NCBI GenBank assembly: GCA_021771025.1
Contig: JAETPW010000003.1
Location: 8,279-72,278, forward strand
Length of the DNA: 64,000 bases
Direction of reading: 5' to 3'
From: Clostridiaceae bacterium
Lineage (GTDB): Bacteria > Bacillota > Clostridia > TANB77 > CAG-508
The notes beneath the pieces were generated by a model, which saw only the letters and a program-made list of their open reading frames with translations, was not told the DNA's origin and made no database searches. Within the stretch, counting starts at the first letter, position 1. Each line of letters begins with the position of its first letter. Shown piece after piece: positions 1-10,671 of this stretch. The translations under genes and the position numbers were made by a program.

Positions 1-1
1 A

Positions 2-24
2 AAGCCTTGATTTTAAGGCTTTTT
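2..24 (+). terminator. Hairpin AAGCCTTGATTTTAAGGCTT followed by a T-run, probably the terminator of an upstream gene
   Basis: Perfect 7-bp stem followed by TTTTTT, read directly from the sequence. Confidence 0.5.
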
Positions 25-98
25 TATGTTATACTAAAACTAGTTTAAAAAACGGAATAAGTGAGGTGAAATCTTAGGGCAAACCCTAAGAAGAAAGT

Positions 99-449
99 AT
101 GAGCAATTCTGAAACAGTAAAAAAGATAAATCCCCTAATTTTATTATGGAGATCATTTACACAACCATCCCAAGGAATAGAGGAAGATTTAGAAGAAAGC
201 GATACTTTGTCAATAGAGATACAACAAAGTGACAAAATTACAGAAGACGTAAAAAAAGAACTAGAAGAATCATTAAAAAATGTAAAAACAATTAATGAAA
301 GACTAAATATAGTTAACTTTGAAAAAACACCTAGAGTTAGAAAAGCAGAATGGAATACACAAGGAAACACCCAAAGAAATGGAAAAGAGCAGACTCAGGA
401 TAATCAAGAACTAAGTCAAGAGAGAGAAGAAGAACAAGAACTTGGTTAA
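99..449 (+). CDS. Hypothetical acidic (Glu/Gln-rich) protein, 116 aa, no recognisable family
   Basis: ORF between two terminator hairpins with a weak RBS; the composition is low-complexity. Confidence 0.35.
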   Translation: MSNSETVKKINPLILLWRSFTQPSQGIEEDLEESDTLSIEIQQSDKITEDVKKELEESLKNVKTINERLNIVNFEKTPRVRKAEWNTQGNTQRNGKEQTQDNQELSQEREEEQELG

Positions 450-457
450 CCAAAAAA

Positions 458-488
458 ATACAAGAATTTCAAAATTCTTGTATTTTTT
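458..488 (+). terminator. Rho-independent terminator
   Basis: ATACAAGAAT/ATTCTTGTAT 10-bp stem followed by TTTTTT. Confidence 0.6.
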
Positions 489-490
489 GC

Positions 491-519
491 TTGACAAATG
501 GGAAAACTCAAGGTATAAT
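491..519 (+). promoter_or_regulatory. SigA-type promoter for the tRNA: TTGACA, 17-nt spacer, TATAAT
   Basis: Consensus -35 at 491-496 and -10 at 514-519 with exactly 17-nt spacing, about 22 nt upstream of the tRNA. Confidence 0.6.
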
Positions 520-541
520 AATTATCGTTAGTTACCAATAT

Positions 542-618
542 GGCGAAGTAGCTCAGTTGGCTAGAGCATTCGGTTCATACCCGAAGGGTCATGTGTTCGA
601 ATCACATCTTCGCTACCA
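542..618 (+). tRNA. tRNA with a CAU anticodon (Met, or Ile2 if the C34 is modified to lysidine); CCA is encoded
   Basis: Cloverleaf folded by hand: acceptor GGCGAAG/CTTCGCT, D-arm GCTC..GAGC, anticodon stem TTCGG/CCGAA with loop TTCATAC, T-arm ATGTG-TTCGAAT-CACAT, 3' ACCA. Confidence 0.9.
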
Positions 619-664
619 AAAAGAATGAAGTCTCGTAGAGGCTTTTTTTGTTGCTTAAATCAAA

Positions 665-1108
665 TTATACTTCAAGCAAATCAAATCCATAATCAGAAAA
701 CAGAATACCACTTTGAGCGTATTCAAAAGCCTTCTGAATATAAGGAATAATATTTTCAGGAAACCCACCAATGGGATAAAAAGATAACTCATCACATTTA
801 TTAGGTTCTTGAATAGAAACATCTCCCGAATAATGAGAACAAGACAAGAAATAATCAATACTTTCATCTCCATCTTTTCTGTGCATTACGTGAACTATTT
901 TCAAGTCATCTTCGTTAATTGTTATACCTGCTTCTTCTAGTGCTTCTCTTTTCATGGCTGAAAAAATTGTTTCATTTCCATCAACATGACCTGCTATAAC
1001 GCTATAATTTCCATCTTCGTACCCAGTATTAAATCGCCTTAATAATAAAAGTTCATCATTTTTTTCCAAAAATAAATGAACGGCTACTCTCATTTTAAAC
1101 CTTGCCAT
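665..1108 (-). CDS. NUDIX hydrolase
   Basis: Nudix box GHVDGNETIFSAMKREALEEAGI. The start is chosen at the ATG preceded by GGAGG (MARFK...); the longer ORF extends to 1129. Confidence 0.8.
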   Translation of the reverse strand: MARFKMRVAVHLFLEKNDELLLLRRFNTGYEDGNYSVIAGHVDGNETIFSAMKREALEEAGITINEDDLKIVHVMHRKDGDESIDYFLSCSHYSGDVSIQEPNKCDELSFYPIGGFPENIIPYIQKAFEYAQSGILFSDYGFDLLEV

Positions 1109-1354
1109 ATGATTTCCTCCATTTTTCACTTAATCGTTAATGTTAAAAATTACACAAAAATAAATAACATATTTTAAGTATATTCTATTTTATATTTTTG
1201 TCAAGTAAAATAGAAAAAGTATAGGTATGAAGAAACCAATGAATCAAAACAAACAAGAGCACAAAAGGCATTAAACTTAAATTAGTAAAATACTAATCAA
1301 AAGAATCCCTTAATTACTTTGGTAATTGTGGGATTCTTTTAAAAAGATCAATTT

Positions 1355-1894
1355 TTATTGGTTGTCGAGCAAAATATCCAAAATTCTAGGATAAATCGAA
1401 GAAGCATCTTGCTTCCAATGATCAACAATACGTTTTGCTCTCTCGCGAGAACCAGCAAACGTCCTTACTTCAAAAATCGTTTCGTTATTTTCTACAATTT
1501 TACATTTTATGGTATAATCATTTTCATTTTTAGGAATAAACTCAGCAATGACAGAAGTCTCTTCAGTAATGGAAGATAACTCTTCCTTAAAAACATTGTC
1601 AGCTTTTAATTTTAGTATTCCTGGTAGTACATCTTTCGTAAGTGATAAAGCATTTCTTCCTTCTGATGTAATTTTTAGCACAGGTTCTTCTTCGTCTTTC
1701 GTATAAATACCTACTAGCTTTGAATCCACTAAATCGGTTAAAATGGGTTTAAAATAAAAATAATTAACATCATTAATGGAAGAAATCATTTTATACAATC
1801 CATCTTCCAACATACCTTCTGGTAACTGATCTAAGATGTATAAAATTAAAACTTTATTTTCAGCCAAAGCAGTAGCATTATCTGAATGAGACAT
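1355..1894 (-). CDS. Hypothetical protein (possibly DUF4364-like)
   Basis: ORF with a GAGGAG RBS 9 nt upstream of the ATG (MSHSDNATALAENK...); the family assignment comes from memory only. Confidence 0.45.
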   Translation of the reverse strand: MSHSDNATALAENKVLILYILDQLPEGMLEDGLYKMISSINDVNYFYFKPILTDLVDSKLVGIYTKDEEEPVLKITSEGRNALSLTKDVLPGILKLKADNVFKEELSSITEETSVIAEFIPKNENDYTIKCKIVENNETIFEVRTFAGSRERAKRIVDHWKQDASSIYPRILDILLDNQ

Positions 1895-2070
1895 AAATAC
1901 ACACTCCTCACTTTGCTTTTTTGGCATTATATCACAAAAAAAACAAAAAGTAAACTTTTTTCCAAAAAAAGGAAAGAGAGCTTAAATAAAAAAATAAACG
2001 AAAAGGCATTTTCAATTCCCCAAAAAAGTAGTATAATCATACACGGAATAACAAGAGAAAGGATGATCAA

Positions 2071-3031
2071 AATGAAAAAAGGAAAAGTTGTTTTAGTAGG
2101 AACTGGTTTCGTAGGAATGAGCATGGCTTATTCTATGGTAAACCGAGGAGGTGTCAATGAATTAGTATTAATTGATATTGACAAAGACAAAACCATTGGT
2201 GAGGAAATGGATTTATCTCATGGATTGCCATTTGCTCCACAAAAAATGGTAATAAAAGCAGGAGATTATGAAGAATGTAAAGATGCTCAAATTGTTGTCA
2301 TCACTGCTGGAATTGCTCAAAAACCGGGGCAAACACGATTAGAATTGGCAGAAACGAATACGAAAATCATGAAAAGTATCACACAAAATATTATGGCAAG
2401 TGGATTTAATGGAATTATTATTGTCGCTAGTAATCCAGTAGATTTAATGACCTATGTAGTAGCAAAAGTATCAGGACTTCCAAAAAATCAAGTATTCGGC
2501 TCAGGAACAGTATTAGATACAGCAAGGCTTCGCTATTTAATGGCTGATTACTTAAAATTATCCAGCAAAAACATTCATGCTTACATCATGGGGGAACATG
2601 GAGATTCTTCATTTGTTCCTTGGGATCATGCGTATGTAGGGTGCAAACGAATAAAAGATGTAATGAAAGATAACCACCATCCAATGAATGATTTGAAAAA
2701 AATTCATGAAGGAGTCATTAATGCAGCATACGAAATCATTAACAAAAAAAGAGCCACCTATTATGGAATTGGTATGGCACTTAATCGTTTAGTAAGAGCA
2801 GTACTAGATAATGAAAATTCTATTTTAACCGTTTCTACGTATTTACAAGATGGCCAATATGGGCAAGAGGATATATACATTGGTATTCCAGCAGTCATCA
2901 ATAGTAAAGGGGTAAGAGAATTAGTGGAACTAAATTTAAATGAAGAAGAGCAAGGAAAATTAAACGAAAGTTGCCGTATCATTAAACAAATGAGAATCGA
3001 TTCGATTGAAAAAATAATTGAAGAAAAATAA
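2071..3031 (+). CDS. ldh: L-lactate dehydrogenase
   Basis: N-terminal Rossmann fold KVVLVGTGFVGMSMAY and LDH core motifs (ITAGIAQKPGQTR, IVASNPVD, MGEHGDSSF). The start is at the second ATG after the RBS. Confidence 0.9.
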
Positions 3032-3042
3032 CTAGTATAAAA

Positions 3043-3129
3043 GTTGTCTCGCTGTTTAATTTTGGGACCGTACATTTTGCACATGAATGTCCAAAACGTA
3101 CCCGTCCCAATTGGATAGCGAGACAACTT
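3043..3129. terminator. Long imperfect palindrome between the convergent genes ldh and the DUF3137-like gene, acting as a bidirectional terminator. It contains a copy of the GGGAC/GTACATTTTG motif family
   Basis: Outer 13-bp perfect inverted repeat AAGTTGTCTCGCT/AGCGAGACAACTT; inner TTTGGGACCGTACATTTTG / CAAAACGTACCCGTCCC. Confidence 0.55.
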
Positions 3130-4066
3130 ACCATTCAACTTCTAATATATTATTAAGTAAAGAATCACTTAAATTCATAATAGAATGAATAAAGGTATAA
3201 TGATTTTGGGTATCGCTATAATCTAATACACGTTTATACCAGTTTGGCTCAAACAATTTTTTACGAACAGAAAAACGAAGATAAAGACGATTTTCTTTTA
3301 TGGTGATTTCTGGGAATATACCATAATTTTGTTTAAAGTCTAAAAGCATTTGCATAATGTCAGACGTAAAAAGCTGCATGGTGAGAATGGGATTATCTGA
3401 ATACACATCATAGAGTTTTTCAAAATCATGAGAATCCATTTCAATACGTTCAGTTGGTAACGAAAGGATATTTTTACGTCCACGTGAAGAATTAGGATAA
3501 GAACGTTTTAACATTGCATTTTTGCGAACTTTAATTGTACAAGGAAGAAATTTAGGAAATTCTATTTTGATAAAGAAACCAGAAAAAATGGTAGAATAAC
3601 TAGTATGACCATCTTCATCAGTATAACGTACCTCTGTTTTTACTTCTCCCATGAGTAAAGAACAAAAATCTTTCCATTGGCCTGTAATTTTATCATCTGA
3701 AGTATAACGATCAAAATATGGTTCAAACTCAGCCTCACAATAGATAGAAGAAGGAATAGGGGATTGTGGATAATACTTAAAAGTATCGTCATAGGAATGG
3801 ATAATAGACCCGATTACATTCTTTTTATAATAGTGTACAAATTTAGTACTACGAATAGATCCAATCAGTAGAGCCAATAAAATAGCAAAAACAGTACCAG
3901 TAAGTCGGAAAACCGGATGAGAGAAACTAAGATAAAACAGAAAAAAGGCAAGGAGTAAACACACCCATAAAACAAGTTGTAAGCAGAAAGTGGTCCTCTT
4001 TAAATTGGATAATGTAGTAAAATGTGTACGATAGAGTTCTTGATAAATCGTATTAAAATTTTTCAT
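3128..4066 (-). CDS. Membrane protein with two N-terminal TM helices, DUF3137-like; a common partner of LemA
   Basis: 312 aa with an N-terminal hydrophobic pair, immediately downstream of lemA in the same orientation, AAAGGAG RBS. The family name comes from memory. Confidence 0.55.
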   Translation of the reverse strand: MKNFNTIYQELYRTHFTTLSNLKRTTFCLQLVLWVCLLLAFFLFYLSFSHPVFRLTGTVFAILLALLIGSIRSTKFVHYYKKNVIGSIIHSYDDTFKYYPQSPIPSSIYCEAEFEPYFDRYTSDDKITGQWKDFCSLLMGEVKTEVRYTDEDGHTSYSTIFSGFFIKIEFPKFLPCTIKVRKNAMLKRSYPNSSRGRKNILSLPTERIEMDSHDFEKLYDVYSDNPILTMQLFTSDIMQMLLDFKQNYGIFPEITIKENRLYLRFSVRKKLFEPNWYKRVLDYSDTQNHYTFIHSIMNLSDSLLNNILEVEW

Positions 4067-4080
4067 TGGTAAACTCCTTT

Positions 4081-4617
4081 CTAAGAATTGAAATGAACAG
4101 AGGTAAGATTATGCGCTGAATCTTCTGCTTCAAATAAAGGTTCTTCTTCAAAATGAAACAAAGAAGCAAGTAGTGAAAGCGGAAATAAGTGAATAGAAGT
4201 ATTGTAAGAAGTCACTACTGAATTATAAATTCTACGAGCAGCTTGCAATTGGTTTTCAATTTTAGCTAAGCTTTTTTGCAAGAATAAGAATTGTTCACTA
4301 GCTTTTAACTCTGGATATTGTTCAGCAGTAGCTAATAGACTTTTGTATTCAGCATTTACTTGTTCAGCATCTGTTAATTTTTTTGTTTTTAAATAACGAG
4401 AACGTAATTCAGTAATATGAACCAATACACTTTCTTCATAATCAGTATAGGCTTTAACACAAGTAACTAAATTAGGAATAAGATCAAAACGTTGCGTTAA
4501 ATACACATCTATACTTGATTTTGCTTGATTTACTTTGTTTTGTAAATGCACAAATGAATTATAACAGTAAATGACTAGCAAAAGAACACAAACCAAAACA
4601 AGGCTTAAGATAAACAT
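4081..4617 (-). CDS. lemA: LemA family protein
   Basis: N-terminal TM helix followed by the LemA pattern (YNSFVHLQNKVNQAKSSIDVYLTQRFDLIPNLV...); AAGGAG RBS. Confidence 0.8.
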   Translation of the reverse strand: MFILSLVLVCVLLLVIYCYNSFVHLQNKVNQAKSSIDVYLTQRFDLIPNLVTCVKAYTDYEESVLVHITELRSRYLKTKKLTDAEQVNAEYKSLLATAEQYPELKASEQFLFLQKSLAKIENQLQAARRIYNSVVTSYNTSIHLFPLSLLASLFHFEEEPLFEAEDSAHNLTSVHFNS

Positions 4618-4729
4618 AAAAACATCTCCTTAGTTACTTTTTCCCTATCATATTAAAAATGAAAGAAAAAGTAAAAAGATATTCGACAAATTTTTTGTCA
4701 ACAAATCAGGAAAAATTCTCCAAAAACCA

Positions 4730-4758
4730 TTGACATACGGATAAAAGCATTGTATAAT
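4730..4758 (+). promoter_or_regulatory. Promoter of the S10 operon: TTGACA, 17-nt spacer, TGTATAAT
   Basis: Consensus -35 and -10 with a TG extension; it lies 330 nt upstream of rpsJ. Confidence 0.6.
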
Positions 4759-4765
4759 AGTTAAG

Positions 4766-5091
4766 CATGAATGAAGCGTTGAAGCTGAATGTGGCTACAT
4801 CCTTACGGAACTAAGGGTGGAGGGAACTTCAGTGGAGTATGTCATGGCAAAGACCAGGCGGTAAGTTAACATCTCTTTAGGCGTAGAAGCGGTTAAAGAG
4901 AAAAAAAGCATGTATAAATACATACATAAAAAAGCACTTATCCCAAAAGTATCATGCAAATTTGGGATTTTAACTAGGGAACATTCAAAACACCAGAGTG
5001 CGTTTTAACTTGCTACGGTAATTTTGATAGCAACATAGCTATCTTATGGGAAAAACCCAAAAATAAATTTTTAAAAGGAGGGAAAATTACA
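4766..5091 (+). promoter_or_regulatory. About 325-nt 5' leader of the S10 operon with several hairpins; candidate autoregulatory leader (for example L4-mediated)
   Basis: A long untranslated region between a strong promoter and the rpsJ RBS, with hairpins such as ATCCCAAA..TTTGGGAT; it contains only a 15-codon ORF. Confidence 0.35.
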
Positions 5092-5418
5092 ATGGCAAAG
5101 GCAACAGTTGTAACAAGTGAAAAAATCAGAATTAGACTAAAAGCGTATGATCATGTAATTTTAGAACAGTCTGCTGAAAAAATAGTAGATACTGCTAAGA
5201 AAACAGGAGCAAAGGTTTCAGGTCCAATTCCATTACCAACCCAAAAAGAAATCGTAACGATCTTACGTTCTCCACACAAATACAAAGATTCAAGAGAACA
5301 ATTTGAAATGAGAACCCATAAAAGAGTTATCGACATTCTTTACCCAACACAAAAAACAGTTGACAGTTTAATGAAATTAGAATTGCCAGCAGGTGTTGAC
5401 ATTGAAATTAAATTATAA
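5092..5418 (+). CDS. rpsJ: 30S ribosomal protein S10
   Basis: Translation [11 protein letters not shown]...; conserved position ahead of rplC. Confidence 0.95.
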   Translation: MAKATVVTSEKIRIRLKAYDHVILEQSAEKIVDTAKKTGAKVSGPIPLPTQKEIVTILRSPHKYKDSREQFEMRTHKRVIDILYPTQKTVDSLMKLELPAGVDIEIKL

Positions 5419-5511
5419 GTTTACGTTTAAGCAAACCAAAAAAGCCAAGCTGATCTCACATAGTATATGCGAAATTAAACGATCAGCCAATAGTTAGGAG
5501 GAAAATAAAAA

Positions 5512-6147
5512 ATGAAAAAAGGAATCATCGCCAAAAAAGTAGGAATGACACAAATCTTTGATGAAAAAGGAAATGTTATTCCCGTAACTGTTTTAGATGC
5601 TACACCAAACATCGTAGCACAAGTAAAAACAAAAGAAACCGATGGTTATCAAGCAATCCAATTAGGATTTGGAGAAATAAAAGATAAACACATCAATAAA
5701 CCAGAAAGAGGACATTTTGCTAAAGCAGGTCTTTCAAACAAAAAACATTTAAGAGAATTCAGACTAGAAACAGTAGAAACCTACAAAGTGGGAGACGAAG
5801 TAAAAGCAGACATCTTCGAAGCTGGAGAAAAAATCGACGTGCAAGGAACATCAAAAGGAAAAGGATTCCAAGGTGTTATCAAACGTCATGGACAACACAG
5901 AGGACCTATGGGACATGGATCAATGTATCATAGAAGACCAGGATCAATGGGATCAACATCTACCCCAGGTAGAGTTTTCAAAGGAAAAAAATTACCAGGA
6001 CATATGGGAAAAGTAACCATTACAATCCAAAACTTAGAAGTAGTTAAAGTCGATATGGACAAAAACGCTATTCTAGTAAAGGGAAGCGTACCTGGACCAA
6101 AAGGAGCAATCCTAAAAGTAAAATCAGCTGTAAAGGCTACTAAATAG
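5512..6147 (+). CDS. rplC: 50S ribosomal protein L3
   Basis: [16 protein letters not shown]...; conserved operon order. Confidence 0.95.
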   Translation: MKKGIIAKKVGMTQIFDEKGNVIPVTVLDATPNIVAQVKTKETDGYQAIQLGFGEIKDKHINKPERGHFAKAGLSNKKHLREFRLETVETYKVGDEVKADIFEAGEKIDVQGTSKGKGFQGVIKRHGQHRGPMGHGSMYHRRPGSMGSTSTPGRVFKGKKLPGHMGKVTITIQNLEVVKVDMDKNAILVKGSVPGPKGAILKVKSAVKATK

Positions 6148-6166
6148 AGGAAGGAGGAAACAGAAA

Positions 6167-6790
6167 ATGCCAAAAATAGATGTATATGATATCAAAGGGA
6201 AAAAAGTAAGTGATGTGGAATTAGCAGATAGCGTATTTGGAATTGAACCAAACGAAAACATCGTACACGCTGTTTTAGTTAACTATTTAGCTAACCAACG
6301 TCAAGGTACACAAAGTACAAAAACAAGAGCAGAAGTTCGTGGTGGTGGTAGAAAACCATGGAGACAAAAAGGAACAGGTAGAGCAAGACAAGGAAGTATC
6401 AGAGCTCCACAATGGATTAAAGGTGGTATCGCTTTAGGACCAAAACCTCGTTCTTACAAATATACCGTAAACAAAAAAGAAAGAAGATTAGCCATTAAAT
6501 CAATTTTAAGTGCTAAAGTCTTAGAAAAAGAATTAACCGTAGTAGATAAATTAGAACTAAACGAAATCAAAACCAAAAATATGGTAAAAGCACTATCTGA
6601 TTTAAAAGTAACCGGAAAAACATTAATCGTTCTTCCAGAGAAAAACGAAAATGTTTACCGTTCAGCTAAAAACATCGAGGGGGTAAAAACAATTTTATTA
6701 AACAATATCAATGTATATGATTTATTAAAATACAACAACCTAATTTTACCACTAGACACCGTTAAAAAATTAGAGGAGGTGTACGCATAA
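6167..6790 (+). CDS. rplD: 50S ribosomal protein L4
   Basis: Translation and operon position. Confidence 0.95.
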   Translation: MPKIDVYDIKGKKVSDVELADSVFGIEPNENIVHAVLVNYLANQRQGTQSTKTRAEVRGGGRKPWRQKGTGRARQGSIRAPQWIKGGIALGPKPRSYKYTVNKKERRLAIKSILSAKVLEKELTVVDKLELNEIKTKNMVKALSDLKVTGKTLIVLPEKNENVYRSAKNIEGVKTILLNNINVYDLLKYNNLILPLDTVKKLEEVYA

Positions 6791-7137
6791 TGTTACCTGA
6801 AGAAGTAATTGTAGCACCAGTGGTTACAGAAAAAAGTAATGATGAATTACAAGAAGGGAAATATACCTTCAAAGTCAATAAAAAAGCAACAAAAGTAGAA
6901 ATCGCAAAAGCAGTGGAAAAACTATTTGAAGTTAAAGTGTTAAAAGTAAACACCATGACAGTAAGAGGAAAAACAAAACGAGTTGGTTACCACACAGGAA
7001 AAACTTCTGATTGGAAAAAAGCCATTGTCACCATAGACACAAATCCAGGAGAAACAAGCTACCTAGCAAAAGGTGGTAAGGAAACAAAAGCAACGAAAAA
7101 ATTCAAAGATTCAATTGATGAATTTATGGGAGCATAA
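6790..7137 (+). CDS. rplW: 50S ribosomal protein L23
   Basis: Translation and operon position; the start overlaps the rplD stop. Confidence 0.93.
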   Translation: MLPEEVIVAPVVTEKSNDELQEGKYTFKVNKKATKVEIAKAVEKLFEVKVLKVNTMTVRGKTKRVGYHTGKTSDWKKAIVTIDTNPGETSYLAKGGKETKATKKFKDSIDEFMGA

Positions 7138-7139
7138 AA

Positions 7140-7310
7140 ATGGATATGAATCCAAGAATGATTGTTGGTCATCTAAAAATAATGGCTGATCGAATTGGAA
7201 GTCAGGATTATCAACTTTCAGAAAGGCAAATCAAAATGTTAACAACATTAATTCGAGAAATTAATTTAGAACAGCCAGAACCCAAACCAGATGATGAATG
7301 GGAAAGATAA
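7140..7310 (+). CDS. Small 56-aa ORF inserted between rplW and rplB (MDMNPRMIVGHLKIMADRIGSQDYQLSERQIKMLTTLIREINLEQPEPKPDDEWER); function unknown
   Basis: Clean ATG-to-TAA ORF in a 255-nt gap where rplW and rplB normally abut; a GGGAG motif lies 9 nt upstream. Confidence 0.35.
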   Translation: MDMNPRMIVGHLKIMADRIGSQDYQLSERQIKMLTTLIREINLEQPEPKPDDEWER

Positions 7311-7392
7311 TATCGAGAAAGACCTCGGAAAATAAAGAATATCTGCAAATGGAGCAGGAAAAAATCCATTAATAAGAAAGGAAGATTAAATC

Positions 7393-8220
7393 ATGGGAAT
7401 GAAACATTTTAAAGCCTATACACCTTCAAGAAGAAACATGACAGTATCAACATTTGATGAAGTTACCAAAAAAACACCTGAAAAATCTTTACTTGCGAAA
7501 AAGAAAGAAAAAGCAGGAAGAAACTCTTATGGTAGAATCACAGTAAGACATCAAGGTGGAGGAAACAGACAAAAATATAGAATCGTTGATTTCAAACGTA
7601 GAAAAGACAATATGGAAGCAACTGTTATCGGAATCGAATACGATCCAAACAGAAGTGCTAACATTGCCTTAATTCAATACCAAGATGGAGAAAAAGCTTA
7701 CATCTTAGCACCACAAGGATTAACCGATGGAGATAAAGTTATCTCAGGAGAAGCGGTTGATATTAAACCAGGAAATGCTATGCCAATTAGTTCAATTCCA
7801 GTAGGTACTTTAATTCACAACATCGAATTAAACCCTATGCAAGGAGGAAAATTAGTAAGAACTGCTGGGCAAAGTGCACAATTAATGGCAAAAGAAGGAA
7901 AATATGCACACGTTAGATTACCTTCTGGAGAAATGAGATTAATCTTAGCAAAATGTAGAGCAACAGTAGGAACCATTGGAAACGCAGATCATGAAAACGT
8001 AAAAATCGGTAAAGCCGGAAGAAAACGTCACATGGGATGGAGACCAGAAGTAAGAGGTTCTGTTATGAACCCAGTAGATCACCCTCATGGTGGTGGTGAA
8101 GGTAAAGCTCCAATCGGTCACGCTGGACCAATGACACCTTGGGGTAAACCAGCTCTAGGATATAAGACAAGAAACAAAAAGAAACCAAGCAACAAATTTA
8201 TTGTTAAGAGAAGAAAATAG
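7393..8220 (+). CDS. rplB: 50S ribosomal protein L2
   Basis: Translation includes the conserved [14 protein letters not shown] motif. Confidence 0.95.
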   Translation: MGMKHFKAYTPSRRNMTVSTFDEVTKKTPEKSLLAKKKEKAGRNSYGRITVRHQGGGNRQKYRIVDFKRRKDNMEATVIGIEYDPNRSANIALIQYQDGEKAYILAPQGLTDGDKVISGEAVDIKPGNAMPISSIPVGTLIHNIELNPMQGGKLVRTAGQSAQLMAKEGKYAHVRLPSGEMRLILAKCRATVGTIGNADHENVKIGKAGRKRHMGWRPEVRGSVMNPVDHPHGGGEGKAPIGHAGPMTPWGKPALGYKTRNKKKPSNKFIVKRRK

Positions 8221-8265
8221 AAAATAACGAAATCAAAATAACTCTGGAAAGGAGGACATGTAAAC

Positions 8266-8547
8266 ATGTCAAGATCAAGCAAGAAAAAACCATTTGTGCA
8301 AGAAAAATTATTAAAAAGAATCGAAGCAATGAATGAAACAGGTGCTAAAGAAGTACTAAAAACATGGTCAAGAGCTTCTACTATTTATCCACAAATGGTT
8401 GGTCATACCATCGCCGTTCATGATGGAAGAAAACATGTTCCAATTTATATTAGTGAAGAAATGATTGGACACAAACTAGGCGAATTTGCTCCTACAAGAA
8501 CCTTTAAGGGACATGCGGGAGAAAAAACTTCAAAAGTTGGAAAATAA
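8266..8547 (+). CDS. rpsS: 30S ribosomal protein S19
   Basis: Translation and operon position. Confidence 0.95.
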   Translation: MSRSSKKKPFVQEKLLKRIEAMNETGAKEVLKTWSRASTIYPQMVGHTIAVHDGRKHVPIYISEEMIGHKLGEFAPTRTFKGHAGEKTSKVGK

Positions 8548-8627
8548 AAAGAAAATGAAAGAGCGTTGGCTGTTAGCTAAAACGCTAACACCAACTGCTA
8601 ACCAATCAAGTTAAGGAGGGAAAACAA

Positions 8628-8987
8628 GTGCAAGAGCAAGAAATCGCTGTAAAAGAAGCAAAAGCAATGCTTAAATTTGCTAGAATTTCAGCAAGAAAAG
8701 TAAAAATTGTAGCAGACTTAATTAGAGGAAAAGACGTAAATGAAGCATTATCTATCGTAAAATTCACACCAAAAGCTTCTTCTGAAATTATTGAAAAACT
8801 ATTAAAATCTGCTATCGCCAATGCAGAAAACAATCATGATATGAAACAAGAAAATTTATATGTAGCAGAAATCTATGCTAACCAAGGACCAACACTAAAA
8901 AGAATTAGACCAGCAGCTAAAGGGTCAGCCGTTAGAATCAGAAAAAGAACAAGTCATATAACCATCGTATTACGCGAAAAAGAATAA
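8628..8987 (+). CDS. rplV: 50S ribosomal protein L22 (GTG start)
   Basis: Translation; GGAGGG RBS 7 nt upstream of the GTG. Confidence 0.9.
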   Translation: MQEQEIAVKEAKAMLKFARISARKVKIVADLIRGKDVNEALSIVKFTPKASSEIIEKLLKSAIANAENNHDMKQENLYVAEIYANQGPTLKRIRPAAKGSAVRIRKRTSHITIVLREKE

Positions 8988-9040
8988 GAGAGGAAAGGGA
9001 AGATATCCCTACTATCGTAAAAAGGAGGAAAAAGTTAGAA

Positions 9041-9697
9041 ATGGGACAAAAAGTACATCCAACAGGAGTTAGAGTTGGAATAATCAAAGACTGGAATTCA
9101 AAATGGTATGCCGATTCAAAAAACTTTTCTGACTATTTAGTAGAAGATCAAAAAATTCGTAAATTCCTTAAGAAAAAATTATATGCTAGTGGAATTGCCA
9201 AAATTGAGATCGAAAGAACTGCTAAAATGGTAAAAGTTAATTTGTATACAGCAAAACCAGGAATCGTAATTGGAAAAGGCGGAGCCGGAGCAGAAGCAAT
9301 CAAGGCTGAACTTGCCAAATTAATCGGAAAAGACGTTAACTTAAATATCGTAGAAGTAAAAAACGTAGACACAGACGCACAATTAGTTGCAGAAAATATT
9401 GCTGGACAATTGGAAAGAAGAATTTCCTTCAGAAGAGCCATGAAACAATGTATGCAAAAAGCAACTAAAGCAGGAGCTTTAGGAATCAAAACATCAGTAT
9501 CAGGAAGACTAGGTGGTGCTGATATGGCTAGAACTGAATTTTATAAAGAAGGAAACATTCCTTTACAAACCTTAAGAGCTGATATCGACTATGGATTTGC
9601 AGAAGCAGATACAACCTATGGAAAAATCGGTGTAAAAGTTTGGATCTATAAAGGAGAAATTCTTCCAAGTAAGAAAATGGAAGGAGGAGACAAATAA
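9041..9697 (+). CDS. rpsC: 30S ribosomal protein S3
   Basis: Translation [14 protein letters not shown]... with a KH domain. Confidence 0.95.
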   Translation: MGQKVHPTGVRVGIIKDWNSKWYADSKNFSDYLVEDQKIRKFLKKKLYASGIAKIEIERTAKMVKVNLYTAKPGIVIGKGGAGAEAIKAELAKLIGKDVNLNIVEVKNVDTDAQLVAENIAGQLERRISFRRAMKQCMQKATKAGALGIKTSVSGRLGGADMARTEFYKEGNIPLQTLRADIDYGFAEADTTYGKIGVKVWIYKGEILPSKKMEGGDK

Positions 9698-10140
9698 TGC
9701 CATTAATGCCAAAAAGAACAAAATTTAGAAAAATGCAAAAAGGCAGAATGAGAGGAAAAGCAACAAGAGGAAATAAAGTAACAGACGGCGAATATGGAAT
9801 TCAAGCCGTAACCGGTGGATTAATCACAGGAAATCAAATTGAAGCAGCCCGTATTGCGATGACACGTTACATCAAAAGAGGGGGAAAAGTTTGGATCAAA
9901 ATCTTCCCAGACAAACCAATTACATCAAAACCAATTGGTACTCGTATGGGTAAAGGTAAAGGTGCTCCAGAATACTGGGTGGCAGTAACAAAACCAGGAA
10001 GAGTTATGTTTGAAATATCTGGTGTACCAGAAGAAACAGCAAGAGAAGCATTAAGACTTGCCATGAACAAACTACCTGTAAAATGTAAATTTGTCAGCAA
10101 AGAGGCAGAAAAGGTAGGTGAACATGATGAAGATAAATAA
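9697..10140 (+). CDS. rplP: 50S ribosomal protein L16
   Basis: Translation and operon position. Confidence 0.95.
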   Translation: MPLMPKRTKFRKMQKGRMRGKATRGNKVTDGEYGIQAVTGGLITGNQIEAARIAMTRYIKRGGKVWIKIFPDKPITSKPIGTRMGKGKGAPEYWVAVTKPGRVMFEISGVPEETAREALRLAMNKLPVKCKFVSKEAEKVGEHDEDK

Positions 10141-10333
10141 AATGAAAGAAATGTCTTCACCAGATTTAGAGAAAGAATTAGGTGAACTAAAAACAGAATT
10201 ATTCAAATTAAAATTTAGTTTAGCTACTAACGGATTAGATAATCCAATGAAAATTAAAGAAGTTAAAAAAGATATTGCTAGAATCAATACCATTTTAACA
10301 GAAAGAAAAATGTTAGAAAGCAAAAAAGCATAA
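10118..10333 (+). CDS. rpmC: 50S ribosomal protein L29 (start ambiguous among ATGs at 10118, 10124 and 10142)
   Basis: Translation ...[20 protein letters not shown]...; it overlaps the end of rplP. Confidence 0.8.
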   Translation: MNMMKINKMKEMSSPDLEKELGELKTELFKLKFSLATNGLDNPMKIKEVKKDIARINTILTERKMLESKKA

Positions 10334-10356
10334 ATCTGAAAAGGAGGATTTAAAAC

Positions 10357-10620
10357 ATGGAAGAAAGAAATCTTCGTAAAGTGATGACAGGAACTGTTGT
10401 ATCAGACAAAATGGATAAAACCGTTGTTGTAGCTGTAGAAACTAGTGTAAGCCATAAAGTTTATGGAAAAACAGTAAAAAGAACTTATAAATTAAAAGCA
10501 CATGATGAAGAAAACAGTTGCCAAGTCGGAGACAAAGTAAAAGTCATGGAAACAAGACCACTTTCCAAAGATAAAAGATGGAGAGTAGTAGAAATCGTAG
10601 AAAAAGCGATACTTAAATAA
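10357..10620 (+). CDS. rpsQ: 30S ribosomal protein S17
   Basis: Translation and operon position. Confidence 0.93.
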   Translation: MEERNLRKVMTGTVVSDKMDKTVVVAVETSVSHKVYGKTVKRTYKLKAHDEENSCQVGDKVKVMETRPLSKDKRWRVVEIVEKAILK

Positions 10621-10671
10621 AAAGTAGCCTAAGCTACCAAAAAGAGAATCAAAAAAGGAGGAAACTTGACA

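Noticed and set aside
86-370. Antisense and shadow ORFs (for example 86..370-, 5151..5336-, 9148..9489-, 14110..14649-, 21604..22188-, 25971..26486-) that overlap well-supported genes
   Set aside because: They lie opposite to, or out of frame within, conserved ribosomal and housekeeping genes. They are low-complexity and lack RBSs, which is typical of spurious ORFs in AT-rich DNA.
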